Virus record (IMG/VR): IMGVR_UViG_2724679134_000002
DNA length: 20,000 nucleotides
Strand: one strand, 5' to 3'
Source of the DNA: an uncultured virus (IMG/VR IMGVR_UViG_2724679134_000002)
Taxonomy: Duplodnaviria > Heunggongvirae > Uroviricota > Caudoviricetes
A program made the translations under genes and the position numbers. The notes under the pieces were generated by a model. The model was given only the letters and a program-made list of their open reading frames with translations, searched no databases and was not told the origin of the DNA. Of this stretch, positions 1 through 7,394 are shown one piece after another; within the stretch, counting starts at the first letter, position 1, and every line of letters begins with the position of its first letter.

Positions 1-2
1 AT

Positions 3-161
3 GATTACTATGGCAAAAAACCAGACCCAACATCTGTGGTTCAAATACATAAACACCTGCCGAGAGATATTCATTTGTTAGCAGAAGAATGGGGATGGAA
101 TGACACAGAGGTCGGAGAAAAAATTTATAAATGGCTGAGAGAAGATTGTTGTAGGCTTTAG
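3..161 (+). CDS. 3' end of a phage hypothetical protein (runs off window start)
   Basis: Open frame DYYGKKPDPTSVVQIHKHLPRDIHLLAEEWGWNDTEVGEKIYKWLREDCCRL* ending at TAG 159-161; co-oriented with the prophage genes. Confidence 0.55.
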   Translation, partial: DYYGKKPDPTSVVQIHKHLPRDIHLLAEEWGWNDTEVGEKIYKWLREDCCRL

Positions 162-268
162 ATTGATGATCGAGTTGGCTATATGAGAGTTTCTGAGGTG
201 AATACAATGCCACTAGTTCTTTACGGATTTGGAAGAGGAGCATAAAAAAGGGGGTTACTCCCCATTGG

Positions 269-502
269 TCAAGGTTTAGTTTTGCCTGATTTGCTGAATT
301 TATCAAGATTGATAATTGGTACGTTTGTGCCAATAACCTTGCTGAATACAAGATAAATAAAAAAACCAAAAAACGCTCCTGGAGTTCTTCCAAACATAAG
401 AATACTTAAAGATACTAAAATAATAGCCATCATTGCATCAACAAGCAAACTTATCATACGATGCATTTTAAAATACTCTCTTATATTTTTTAACTTGTTC
501 AT
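269..502 (-). CDS. Small membrane protein (77 aa, about 2 TM segments), phage accessory gene
   Basis: RBS AGAGGTG before ATG at 502; hydrophobic stretches ISLLVDAMMAIILVSLSILMF and AFFGFFIYLVF; GC hairpin with T-run (minus strand) at ~244-263. Confidence 0.6.
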   Translation of the reverse strand: MNKLKNIREYFKMHRMISLLVDAMMAIILVSLSILMFGRTPGAFFGFFIYLVFSKVIGTNVPIINLDKFSKSGKTKP

Positions 503-576
503 TATGCACCTCTGGATGAAATTTATATAGAAAATCATACCATTGAAATATTAGGCGGTGCAATAAAGTTATAAGA

Positions 577-603
577 AAAAAGGAGTAACGTTAGTCACTC
601 CTT
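577..603 (-). terminator. Intrinsic terminator of sspC
   Basis: Plus strand aaaaaAGGAGTAAC-gtta-GTCACTCCTt: hairpin followed by a T-run on the minus strand, just after the sspC stop. Confidence 0.65.
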
Positions 604-608
604 ATAAA

Positions 609-827
609 TTAATGAAATTGACCATTCATACTTTGTTGAGCTAGGCGAACTAAGCGTTTGGTTATTTCTCCACCAACTGAGCCGTTTGCACGGGAAGTAG
701 TCTCGGCACCTAATTGAACACCAAACTCTTGAGCTATTTCGAATTTCATTTGTTCGATAGCTGAAGCTGCTTGCGGTACAACTAACTCATTATTATTGTT
801 TGATTTTGATCTGTTTTGTTGAGGCAT
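609..827 (-). CDS. sspC: Alpha/beta-type small acid-soluble spore protein (72 aa), phage-encoded
   Basis: SASP motifs [10 protein letters not shown] and [26 protein letters not shown] before ATG 827 (the ORF-track start at 902 is too long); divergent from yotB as in SPbeta. Confidence 0.92.
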   Translation of the reverse strand: MPQQNRSKSNNNNELVVPQAASAIEQMKFEIAQEFGVQLGAETTSRANGSVGGEITKRLVRLAQQSMNGQFH

Positions 828-871
828 GTGATCATCTCCTAAATTAATATGTAAACAAGCTTGTTCGATCA

Positions 872-900
872 TATTATGGAGAGTTTTTCTGAGATTATGC
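872..900 (-). promoter_or_regulatory. sigmaG (forespore) promoter of sspC
   Basis: Minus strand reads GCATA-17 nt-CATAATA, matching the sigmaG consensus, ~45 nt upstream of the sspC start. Confidence 0.8.
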
Positions 901-978
901 ATTTGATTTCAAATGAATATTGCTCGAGGATGAGTAATTGATTTCTTTAATACTAATGTTTAATGGAAGGAGGACAAT

Positions 979-1806
979 ATGAAAATTGATTACGTTTCTG
1001 ATCTCCATATTAACCATTGGATACCTTGGAACAACAACCAAATCAAATGGGAAAATCGGACAAGGGAGATTGTCAGAAGGTTAATCTCAAATGGAAGTGG
1101 CGAGGTATTAATCATTGCCGGAGATTTCACTGAGTGGAATCAACAAACGTTATGGGTTCTCGAAGAAGTAGCAAAGCAATACGAGAAGGTTTACTTTACA
1201 TATGGAAATCATGATCTTTACTTACTCAGTAAAAACCAAAATAGAAAATACTCAGACTCATTAGGTAGGTTGAATGATTTAATTAAGAAGGCTGCCGACA
1301 TCAAGAATGTAACTCCACTGATTAAATCAACGGATACATACAAAGGGAAAGTCTTCGCAGGAGATGTTATGTGGTATCTACCAAAAGGAAATGAAGGATG
1401 GGATTTTTTCAAAGGAGTGTCTAATGATTCAAACTATATCAGTCTTAATGGATACAGCAAAGAAGATGGGGTAAGGGCGATGTGGAAAGAATCAATGGAC
1501 TGGTATGACACTCTTGAAAACTCTCACATCGATGTATTTGTTTCACATGTCCCACCTCTTCATAACCCATATTCACCATTTGAGCCCAACAGCTGCTATA
1601 TGGTCGAATTGCCATTCATTAATGCCGAACATTGGATTTGTGGACACGATCATTTACAAACTGAGTTTTATAAAGAAGGAACGAGCTTTCACATGAACTG
1701 CATTGGGTATCCGTATGACTATGATATGTACCCAAGAGTAAATGAAATACCAGGTAATCAAGTTGACACGTATAAAACGTTTGAATTGAAGACGTTTGAA
1801 ATTTAA
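979..1806 (+). CDS. yotB: Calcineurin-like metallophosphoesterase (SPbeta YotB-like)
   Basis: Motifs DLH (SDLH), GD (AGDF), GNHD, H and GHxH (CGHDH); RBS AAGGAGG; synteny with sspC. Confidence 0.85.
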   Translation: MKIDYVSDLHINHWIPWNNNQIKWENRTREIVRRLISNGSGEVLIIAGDFTEWNQQTLWVLEEVAKQYEKVYFTYGNHDLYLLSKNQNRKYSDSLGRLNDLIKKAADIKNVTPLIKSTDTYKGKVFAGDVMWYLPKGNEGWDFFKGVSNDSNYISLNGYSKEDGVRAMWKESMDWYDTLENSHIDVFVSHVPPLHNPYSPFEPNSCYMVELPFINAEHWICGHDHLQTEFYKEGTSFHMNCIGYPYDYDMYPRVNEIPGNQVDTYKTFELKTFEI

Positions 1807-1826
1807 TTAGTAAAGGAGGATACATC

Positions 1827-2157
1827 TTGTTGCATTCATTTTCGTTTAATTTTTAATAAGAAGCTCCCTTTAAAAATGATGATCAAACATTGTGAAAATG
1901 ACTTCAAAATACAATTGGGTAAACCAGTAAGGCATTGGTCGTCTGGAGTTCAGGAAGAAATCGGCTTATTTTTAACCTTAAGTACAAGTCAAATCGAATT
2001 TCGTTTTTTAAATAACAATAAATTCGGGGGAGCTCTCAGAAGGGTTGAACATTTCATAGGGAAGCAATTTAAAGGTGAAACTGTTGGAATTATTCATCAT
2101 AATAACGTGGCAAGATTAAAGGAAATTCCTAAAGTGAAAATTATTAATCTGAATTAG
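1827..2157 (+). pseudogene. Phage hypothetical protein, probably frameshifted near the 5' end
   Basis: Strong RBS AAAGGAGG (1812-1819) and TTG 1827 give only 9 codons. Removing one T from the T5 run at 1850-1854 joins them in frame to ORF 1876-2157, which lacks its own RBS. Confidence 0.5.
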
Positions 2158-2184
2158 ATCAATAACTAAGTAAGAGGTGATTAA

Positions 2185-2415
2185 ATGGATTTTTCAAGTG
2201 TTAAAGAGGGTGACGAAATAAAATACATTGGTGAGTCTTGGGCTTACGGAGGAACTTATACAACTGTTTCAGCAGAATCTACATACAGTAACGAAGATAA
2301 CTGCCCAAAACACGAAAGAGGGCGATTGGTGATTATTGAGTTTATGAATGACGGTACGCCAATGTTCTTCACATTAGATCAGCTTAATCCTGAAGAGTGG
2401 GAATTAGTTGATTAA
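2185..2415 (+). CDS. Phage hypothetical protein (76 aa, acidic)
   Basis: RBS AAGAGGTG; intact ORF in the prophage gene array. Confidence 0.7.
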   Translation: MDFSSVKEGDEIKYIGESWAYGGTYTTVSAESTYSNEDNCPKHERGRLVIIEFMNDGTPMFFTLDQLNPEEWELVD

Positions 2416-2457
2416 TAGGTTTTTAGGTAAAATTCTAATTTTATTCAGAAAGGGGAA

Positions 2458-2709
2458 ATGATAATGGATTACACAAAACGGTTAGAAGAAAAGTACCCCA
2501 ATAGAATTATTCAGTATGTAAGACAGAGGGAAGGTTTAGATGAGAAAGACACCTCCGTGGATAAAGAAATTTTAGAAATGACGAACTCAGAAGTTTTTAG
2601 AGAGGTTCTAGCGTGGAATGGTTTTCTTGGAGGATGGGATCGTACAATTAAAGATTGGATTAAGAGCATTTATGGAATCAATCTTGATGACTTGAAAAGT
2701 GAAAATTGA
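2458..2709 (+). CDS. Phage hypothetical protein (about 81-83 aa)
   Basis: RBS GAAAGGGG; intact ORF; start may be ATG 2464. Confidence 0.7.
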   Translation: MIMDYTKRLEEKYPNRIIQYVRQREGLDEKDTSVDKEILEMTNSEVFREVLAWNGFLGGWDRTIKDWIKSIYGINLDDLKSEN

Positions 2710-2746
2710 ATAAAATGTTGATTTCATTTAGAAAGGTGGAAACAGA

Positions 2747-2917
2747 TTGATTGTTACAGCATGGATTTTGTTAGTTGCATTTGGGCTTGTGTTGTTAGCA
2801 AATATTGATTCCCAAGGGGATATTAAATTTGCAGTGTATATTGGTGCATTAAAATTTGTTTCAGTATTTATTGTTGCTATTGCAGCGGGGGTGATCTGGG
2901 GAGGGTTGTTTCAATGA
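2747..2917 (+). CDS. yotH: Small 2-TM membrane protein, SPbeta YotH-like (56 aa; not in ORF track)
   Basis: TTG start after [72 protein letters not shown] overlap with the next gene. Confidence 0.7.
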   Translation: MIVTAWILLVAFGLVLLANIDSQGDIKFAVYIGALKFVSVFIVAIAAGVIWGGLFQ

Positions 2918-3276
2918 TTGAAATTTTTAAAGATACAGAAGCTATCCATGATTTAGTTTACCATTCTAAGATTAACACGTTTGTTTGGGACGTAGAATTT
3001 GACATTGTTTTATCCGAAAGTAAGGAATTGAATAGATGTTATTTTGTGAAATACTTTAATCCGTATGGAAAAAATGGAAAGTGTGATTATACGGTTAGCT
3101 CAATAGATATATTTTCAGAAGGTAAACGACTCTTAAGCAAAAATGTATTCAATTTTAAAATTAAAAAGGCAATTCACGTTGCAACATCAAAAGACGTAAC
3201 TAAAATAGTTTCACATTTAAGTAAAAGCATCAATAATCCATTTCCAATTGTAAAAGAAGTTGTTTATCTAGATTAA
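2914..3276 (+). CDS. yotI: SPbeta YotI-like hypothetical protein (120 aa)
   Basis: MIEIFKDT...[23 protein letters not shown]...[12 protein letters not shown] recognised from memory as SPbeta YotI; RBS GGGAGGG. Confidence 0.75.
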   Translation: MIEIFKDTEAIHDLVYHSKINTFVWDVEFDIVLSESKELNRCYFVKYFNPYGKNGKCDYTVSSIDIFSEGKRLLSKNVFNFKIKKAIHVATSKDVTKIVSHLSKSINNPFPIVKEVVYLD

Positions 3277-3348
3277 TGCAAATAGGAACTGGATAAAATC
3301 GGTCTTTTATTTAGAGTGAAAATAAAATTAGTGGATTAGTGAAGTGCT

Positions 3349-3573
3349 TTATGAATTGAAAATTCCAACTAATAATCCAAAGAGACTTAACACTATTGAA
3401 ATGCAAAGAAAAGCCCAAATCAAAGCGGTTAAGGGATTGTTGAGTCCAATTCTTTCTTTCCATCTTATTTTAGTGGATTCAGCAGTTTTATTCTTTGCTA
3501 ATTGAATATATAAAACAACATTCAGACAAAGTGAAATAACAAGCGCTGGAACTAAATAAAGGTTCATAGTCAT
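3349..3573 (-). CDS. Small 2-TM membrane protein (about 72-74 aa), antisense moron-like gene
   Basis: RBS GGGAAGG before ATG 3573/3567; two hydrophobic helices flank a basic loop. The ORF-track extension to 3732 overlaps yotM and is unlikely. Confidence 0.6.
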   Translation of the reverse strand: MTMNLYLVPALVISLCLNVVLYIQLAKNKTAESTKIRWKERIGLNNPLTALIWAFLCISIVLSLFGLLVGIFNS

Positions 3574-3669
3574 CAACCTTCCCAGATTATTAACATTCAT
3601 AACACTAATGCAAAACCAATAATAACATATCCATATTTTACCTTCAATATAGATTAGGAGAGTGATTGA

Positions 3670-4227
3670 TTGGCAACAACAAATCAAGGGAAAGTTTTTG
3701 AAGCGAACATTGAAAAATCTGCTAGAGACCAAAAGTTGTTCTTCTACAGGATTAAAGATGTTAATCCAATGTTCTTGAAAAGGGGAGCTGCAGTATCAAA
3801 AAATAAATATGATTGCTTCCTACACTTTAAGGGGTACTTGTTCCCTTTTGAGCTTAAATCAACAAAGAACAAGTCCATTTCCTTCAGTGAAAAGATTATA
3901 AAAGGACAGCAGATTAAACACTTGAAAGATGCAACACAATACCCAGACATAATCCCAGGCTTCCTGTTTCAATTTAGAGAGCCTGAGAATAAGGTTTATT
4001 TCGTACATATTGATGATTTCTTAGAATATAAAAACATAGCTGAAAATCAGTTAGAACATACATATAAGAATAAAGTTAATAAGTCCAGTATCCCGATTGC
4101 GATATGTGAAGAGATTGGAACCGAAGTTCGCTGGATGAAAAAGAAAGTCAATTATACATATTACTTGAACAAGCTGTGCAATACATTGATTGAAAAAAAG
4201 ATGGTAAAGAGGGGGTTATTAATATAG
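3670..4227 (+). CDS. yotM: RecU-like Holliday junction resolvase (PD-(D/E)xK), SPbeta YotM-like
   Basis: GKVFE...YDC...FELKST nuclease motif and QIKHL; TTG start after RBS AGGAGAG; located near the prophage end as in SPbeta. Confidence 0.75.
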   Translation: MATTNQGKVFEANIEKSARDQKLFFYRIKDVNPMFLKRGAAVSKNKYDCFLHFKGYLFPFELKSTKNKSISFSEKIIKGQQIKHLKDATQYPDIIPGFLFQFREPENKVYFVHIDDFLEYKNIAENQLEHTYKNKVNKSSIPIAICEEIGTEVRWMKKKVNYTYYLNKLCNTLIEKKMVKRGLLI

Positions 4228-4277
4228 AAGAAAATTGGATTCAAAAGTATTTTTTTGAAAGTTCAAGAGGTATAGAT

Positions 4278-4925
4278 ATGTATCATTACCTCTGGTTTCT
4301 TTGTGAAAGTCGAAACTTCACAAAAGAAAATGCAATTACATACACCCAACGAGTTTATGATTTGGACATATCACAAGTTATAGATAAATACCCTATTGGA
4401 TGGAGTTCATGCGATATTTTCAAAAGATACGAAAAGGAAAGTAAGACCAATCGGCTCTTGGAGAATACACGAGATGAATTCAATAAAATCATAAGACCAT
4501 TTTATGTAAAATTTATAGATGATTATTTTTATGATAAAGAGGATTGTTTAGATGTAAGACAAAGATGGGAGGAGATACATCATATCCATCCATTAGTTTA
4601 TGGAGGAACAAATTCATTACATAATCTAATTCATTTAAGCTGTTTTAATCACAGACTTTTACATAATAATCCACTGGAACAATTTGAATTAGAAAATCAC
4701 AAGGCTCTTTGTTACCTGGGAAGCCTGTACAGTGCTCCTAACTTGAGCAATCTGTTTAAAAAGTATGACTTTCACAGGTATAAAAATAATGAAACTATTT
4801 TAAAAGCAATTGAAATGGCAGTACATAATGAAATGAGTCTATATTACGAAAAATTAGAGTTATTGGACAAACCATTCCAATCATACATTGATGACAAGTC
4901 ATCATTAGGGGTGGTACATCAATGA
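4278..4925 (+). CDS. HNH endonuclease-domain protein
   Basis: EIHHIHPLVYGGTNSLHNLIHLSCFNHRLLH is a clear HNH motif. The frame stays open ~20 codons upstream, so the start may be earlier. Confidence 0.8.
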   Translation: MYHYLWFLCESRNFTKENAITYTQRVYDLDISQVIDKYPIGWSSCDIFKRYEKESKTNRLLENTRDEFNKIIRPFYVKFIDDYFYDKEDCLDVRQRWEEIHHIHPLVYGGTNSLHNLIHLSCFNHRLLHNNPLEQFELENHKALCYLGSLYSAPNLSNLFKKYDFHRYKNNETILKAIEMAVHNEMSLYYEKLELLDKPFQSYIDDKSSLGVVHQ

Positions 4926-5068
4926 GCAAACGCAGAGAATGCCCAGAGAATTACAAAGTAACTACTGAAATTACAGAGGAGGTTCAAAATTGGGTTAATG
5001 AAGTGATGTCCAGTAAAGAGTTTTATGATTTTGCAGCTACTTTAATGTACAAGTACAAAAAAGCCTGA
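4922..5068 (+). CDS. Candidate recombination directionality factor (SprB/YotN-like), 48 aa, not in ORF track
   Basis: MSKRRECPENYKVTTEITEEVQNWVNEVMSSKEFYDFAATLMYKYKKA*; RBS GGGGTGG; ATGA overlap with the HNH gene; sits downstream of yotM, where SPbeta has sprB, and directly before the serine recombinase. Confidence 0.6.
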   Translation: MSKRRECPENYKVTTEITEEVQNWVNEVMSSKEFYDFAATLMYKYKKA

Positions 5069-5072
5069 AACC

Positions 5073-5106
5073 ACAAGTATACCGTCTTAAACGATGGTAT
5101 ACTTGT
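5073..5106. promoter_or_regulatory. 14-bp-arm inverted repeat overlapping an extended -10 (TGGTATACT) upstream of the recombinase
   Basis: ACAAGTATACCGTC-ttaaac-GATGGTATACTTGT (one mismatch); TG-n-TATACT at 5095-5103. Confidence 0.55.
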
Positions 5107-5155
5107 TAACATATAGAGACATAAAAGATAAAACATTCTGGAGGTTGATCATTTA

Positions 5156-6853
5156 TTGCTTATATTAAATGGTGATCAAAAGTTAAGTACTGAGAAAATA
5201 ATGAGCCTTATAGGAAAAATAAATGCACTTATTTATGCAAGGGTATCTACAACTGATCAAGCTAATAAAGGATTTTCAATTGATTCACAAATTGAAAGAT
5301 GTAAAGAACGAGCCATTAAGAAATTTGGTTACAAGGAAAGTGAAATAATTGTTTTAGTTGAACCGGGTGGTATGGGCGATGATCCAAATAGGCCAGCACT
5401 AAATCATGCTCTTTATTTATTAGAAAGAGGATTAGGAAAAAAGTTTATTGTTCTACATCCTGATCGGTTAACAAGGGACAATACTTTGCAAGGTGTTGTA
5501 TCACGTAGAATTTGGGGAATGGGTGTTGATATTGAATTTATAGAATTTGAAGTTAACCCACATGATCCTGAGTCCATGCTTATGTACAATATACAGGGCT
5601 CAATCGCTCAATATAATAAAGCCAAGATCCATGCAAACTCAAAAAGGGGACGATTAGCAAAAGCTAAGAAGGGTGAGCTGCCTTCTTTTAAGAGGCTATA
5701 TGGCTATAAGTTTAATACCAAAACAGATCTCCCTGAATATCATGAAGATGAAAAAGAAATACTGCTTGAAATGAAGGACATGTTAATAAATAAAAAAATG
5801 TCTTCTAATGACATAGCTAAAGAACTTTCAAGAAGAGGTGTGGCAGCTCCTAACGGCAAGACTTGGTATCAGTCAACGGTTAGCAGGATGTTGCAAAATG
5901 AGGATTATACGGGAAACTATTATTATGGAAAGTCAAAAGTTGTTCAGCTAAACGGAAAGAAAAAACAAGTTCCTACACCAAAAGAAGAATGGATATTAAT
6001 TAAGATACCAGCAATGTGGGATCACCAAACAAGAGAACAAATCATAAAGCAAATGAAATTGAACTTTAAAGGAAGAAGCAGATCATCTCGTGATTACTTA
6101 TTAAAAGGAAAAGCTAAGTGCGGTCGTTGTGGAGGTGCTTGCGGATCTGGCATTACTTCAAAAACAAAATCAGGTGTTTATAAATATTATTCTTGTAGAA
6201 ATAAAAATGTAAAGGGTTATCAAAATGGCAAAAAAATATGTACTTGCAAAGGTAAGAATTGGCGAGTAGATATCGTTGATGATGCATTTTGGAAATGGTT
6301 TAAAAAGCTTTTGTCCAATCCAAAGGAATTCTTAGAACAATTTTTAGTTGAAACTTCAAATGAAAAGAAAATTGAGGAGTTAGAAAATAAAAAAGAAAAG
6401 TTGGATAAGCAACTTGAAGACATTGATTCTGAAATCTCTAACTACGTTATTCTTTTTGGAAAAGGGAAGATAAATGAAGACATGTTCGATAAGATAACAC
6501 AGCCTCTCGAATTGAACAAAGAACACATAAAAAATGAAATTGAAATTTTAAATTCTCACCTATCAGCAAACAAACAAGATAACGACAAAAATCAAAAATT
6601 AATTGAGTATATAAATTCGTTTTCTGAAATGATTACAAAAGACATTTCAATGCATGAGAAGAGACAATTTCTTGATTTTTTCATTGAGAAAGTTACATTG
6701 TTCGATGATGACCATATGGAGATTGTATGGAAAGGCGCTGGATTAAATGATTCCGACCAAGTGGATTTTCTGAACAGCGAGCAGGGAGGGGAGTTTAGTA
6801 ACTCGCATAAAAGATTAAACCATATTCAAGCATATGGAAGACAAACAGCATGA
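5156..6853 (+). CDS. Large serine recombinase (prophage integrase, SprA-like)
   Basis: Catalytic YARVST and DRLTR motifs; recombinase domain (LYGY...IAKEL...W...TV..ML.N..YTG); zinc ribbon CGRCG...YYSC...C; coiled coil; C-terminal IEKV...MEIVWK; RBS GGAGG and TTG start. Confidence 0.95.
   Translation: MLILNGDQKLSTEKIMSLIGKINALIYARVSTTDQANKGFSIDSQIERCKERAIKKFGYKESEIIVLVEPGGMGDDPNRPALNHALYLLERGLGKKFIVLHPDRLTRDNTLQGVVSRRIWGMGVDIEFIEFEVNPHDPESMLMYNIQGSIAQYNKAKIHANSKRGRLAKAKKGELPSFKRLYGYKFNTKTDLPEYHEDEKEILLEMKDMLINKKMSSNDIAKELSRRGVAAPNGKTWYQSTVSRMLQNEDYTGNYYYGKSKVVQLNGKKKQVPTPKEEWILIKIPAMWDHQTREQIIKQMKLNFKGRSRSSRDYLLKGKAKCGRCGGACGSGITSKTKSGVYKYYSCRNKNVKGYQNGKKICTCKGKNWRVDIVDDAFWKWFKKLLSNPKEFLEQFLVETSNEKKIEELENKKEKLDKQLEDIDSEISNYVILFGKGKINEDMFDKITQPLELNKEHIKNEIEILNSHLSANKQDNDKNQKLIEYINSFSEMITKDISMHEKRQFLDFFIEKVTLFDDDHMEIVWKGAGLNDSDQVDFLNSEQGGEFSNSHKRLNHIQAYGRQTA
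6820..6837. other. Prophage/host attachment junction (hybrid att site)
   Basis: Inverted repeat CCATAT-tc-AA-gc-ATATGG centred on AA 6828-6829, exactly where the SpoVK sequence (K-H-M-E-D) begins. Confidence 0.75.
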
Positions 6854-7244
6854 ATTTATTTTAATTCTTGCCGGATATTCAAGAGAAATGGACCATTTTT
6901 TATCATTAAATCCCGGACTTCAATCACGATTTCCCATTAGTATTGATTTTCCGGATTACTCCGTATCCCAGCTGATGGATATTGCGAAACGAATGATCGC
7001 AGATAGGGAATATCAATTCAGTCAGGAAGCGGAATGGAAATTAAAAGATTACTTAATGACGGTCAAAAGCACAACAAGCCCCGTCAAATTCAGCAACGGG
7101 CGATTTGTGAGAAATGTCATTGAAAAATCAATACGCACTCAAGCTATGAGGCTCTTAATGGGAGATCAATACTTAAAAAGCGACTTGATGACAATAAAAA
7201 GCCAGGATCTCACAATAAAAGAAGAGGTGCCGGGCACAGGATAG
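6828..7244 (+). pseudogene. spoVK: 3' portion of stage V sporulation AAA+ ATPase SpoVK, split by the prophage (5' part expected at the other prophage end)
   Basis: KHMEDKQHEFILILAGYSREMDHFLSLNPGLQSRFPISIDFPDY...NGRFVRN is the SpoVK C-terminal part; Walker A/B motifs are absent; normal synteny spoVK-hflX-ynbB-glnRA. Confidence 0.93.
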
Positions 7245-7282
7245 ACCTCTCGCCACAGGGAGGTCTGTTTGTTTACTCTTTT
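7243..7282 (+). terminator. Terminator-like hairpin after spoVK
   Basis: AGACCTCTC-gccaca-GGGAGGTCT followed by a T-rich tract. Confidence 0.55.
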
Positions 7283-7394
7283 TTAGCTGTATATGTGCCA
7301 TATAAAGCCGAAATATCAAGTGATTTGTGGTATACGCCTGATCGGTTTGGTATGATAATACTACTGCCCATTACGTAAAGAAAGGAACATCCAT

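Larger units (their letters stand above)
1..6829. mobile_element. Right end of an SPbeta-like prophage integrated in spoVK
   Basis: SPbeta-like gene set (sspC, yotB, yotH, yotI, yotM), AT-rich DNA and a serine integrase abutting a 5'-truncated spoVK. Confidence 0.9.

Noticed and set aside
1218..6423. Overlapping short ORFs in yotB, yotM and the integrase (1218-1412, 1505-1696, 1619-1825, 3744-3950, 6220-6423)
   Set aside because: Fully embedded in well-supported genes.
6834..7244. 136-aa ORF as a standalone gene
   Set aside because: The ATG is an internal SpoVK Met with no adjacent RBS; it is the 3' part of a split gene.
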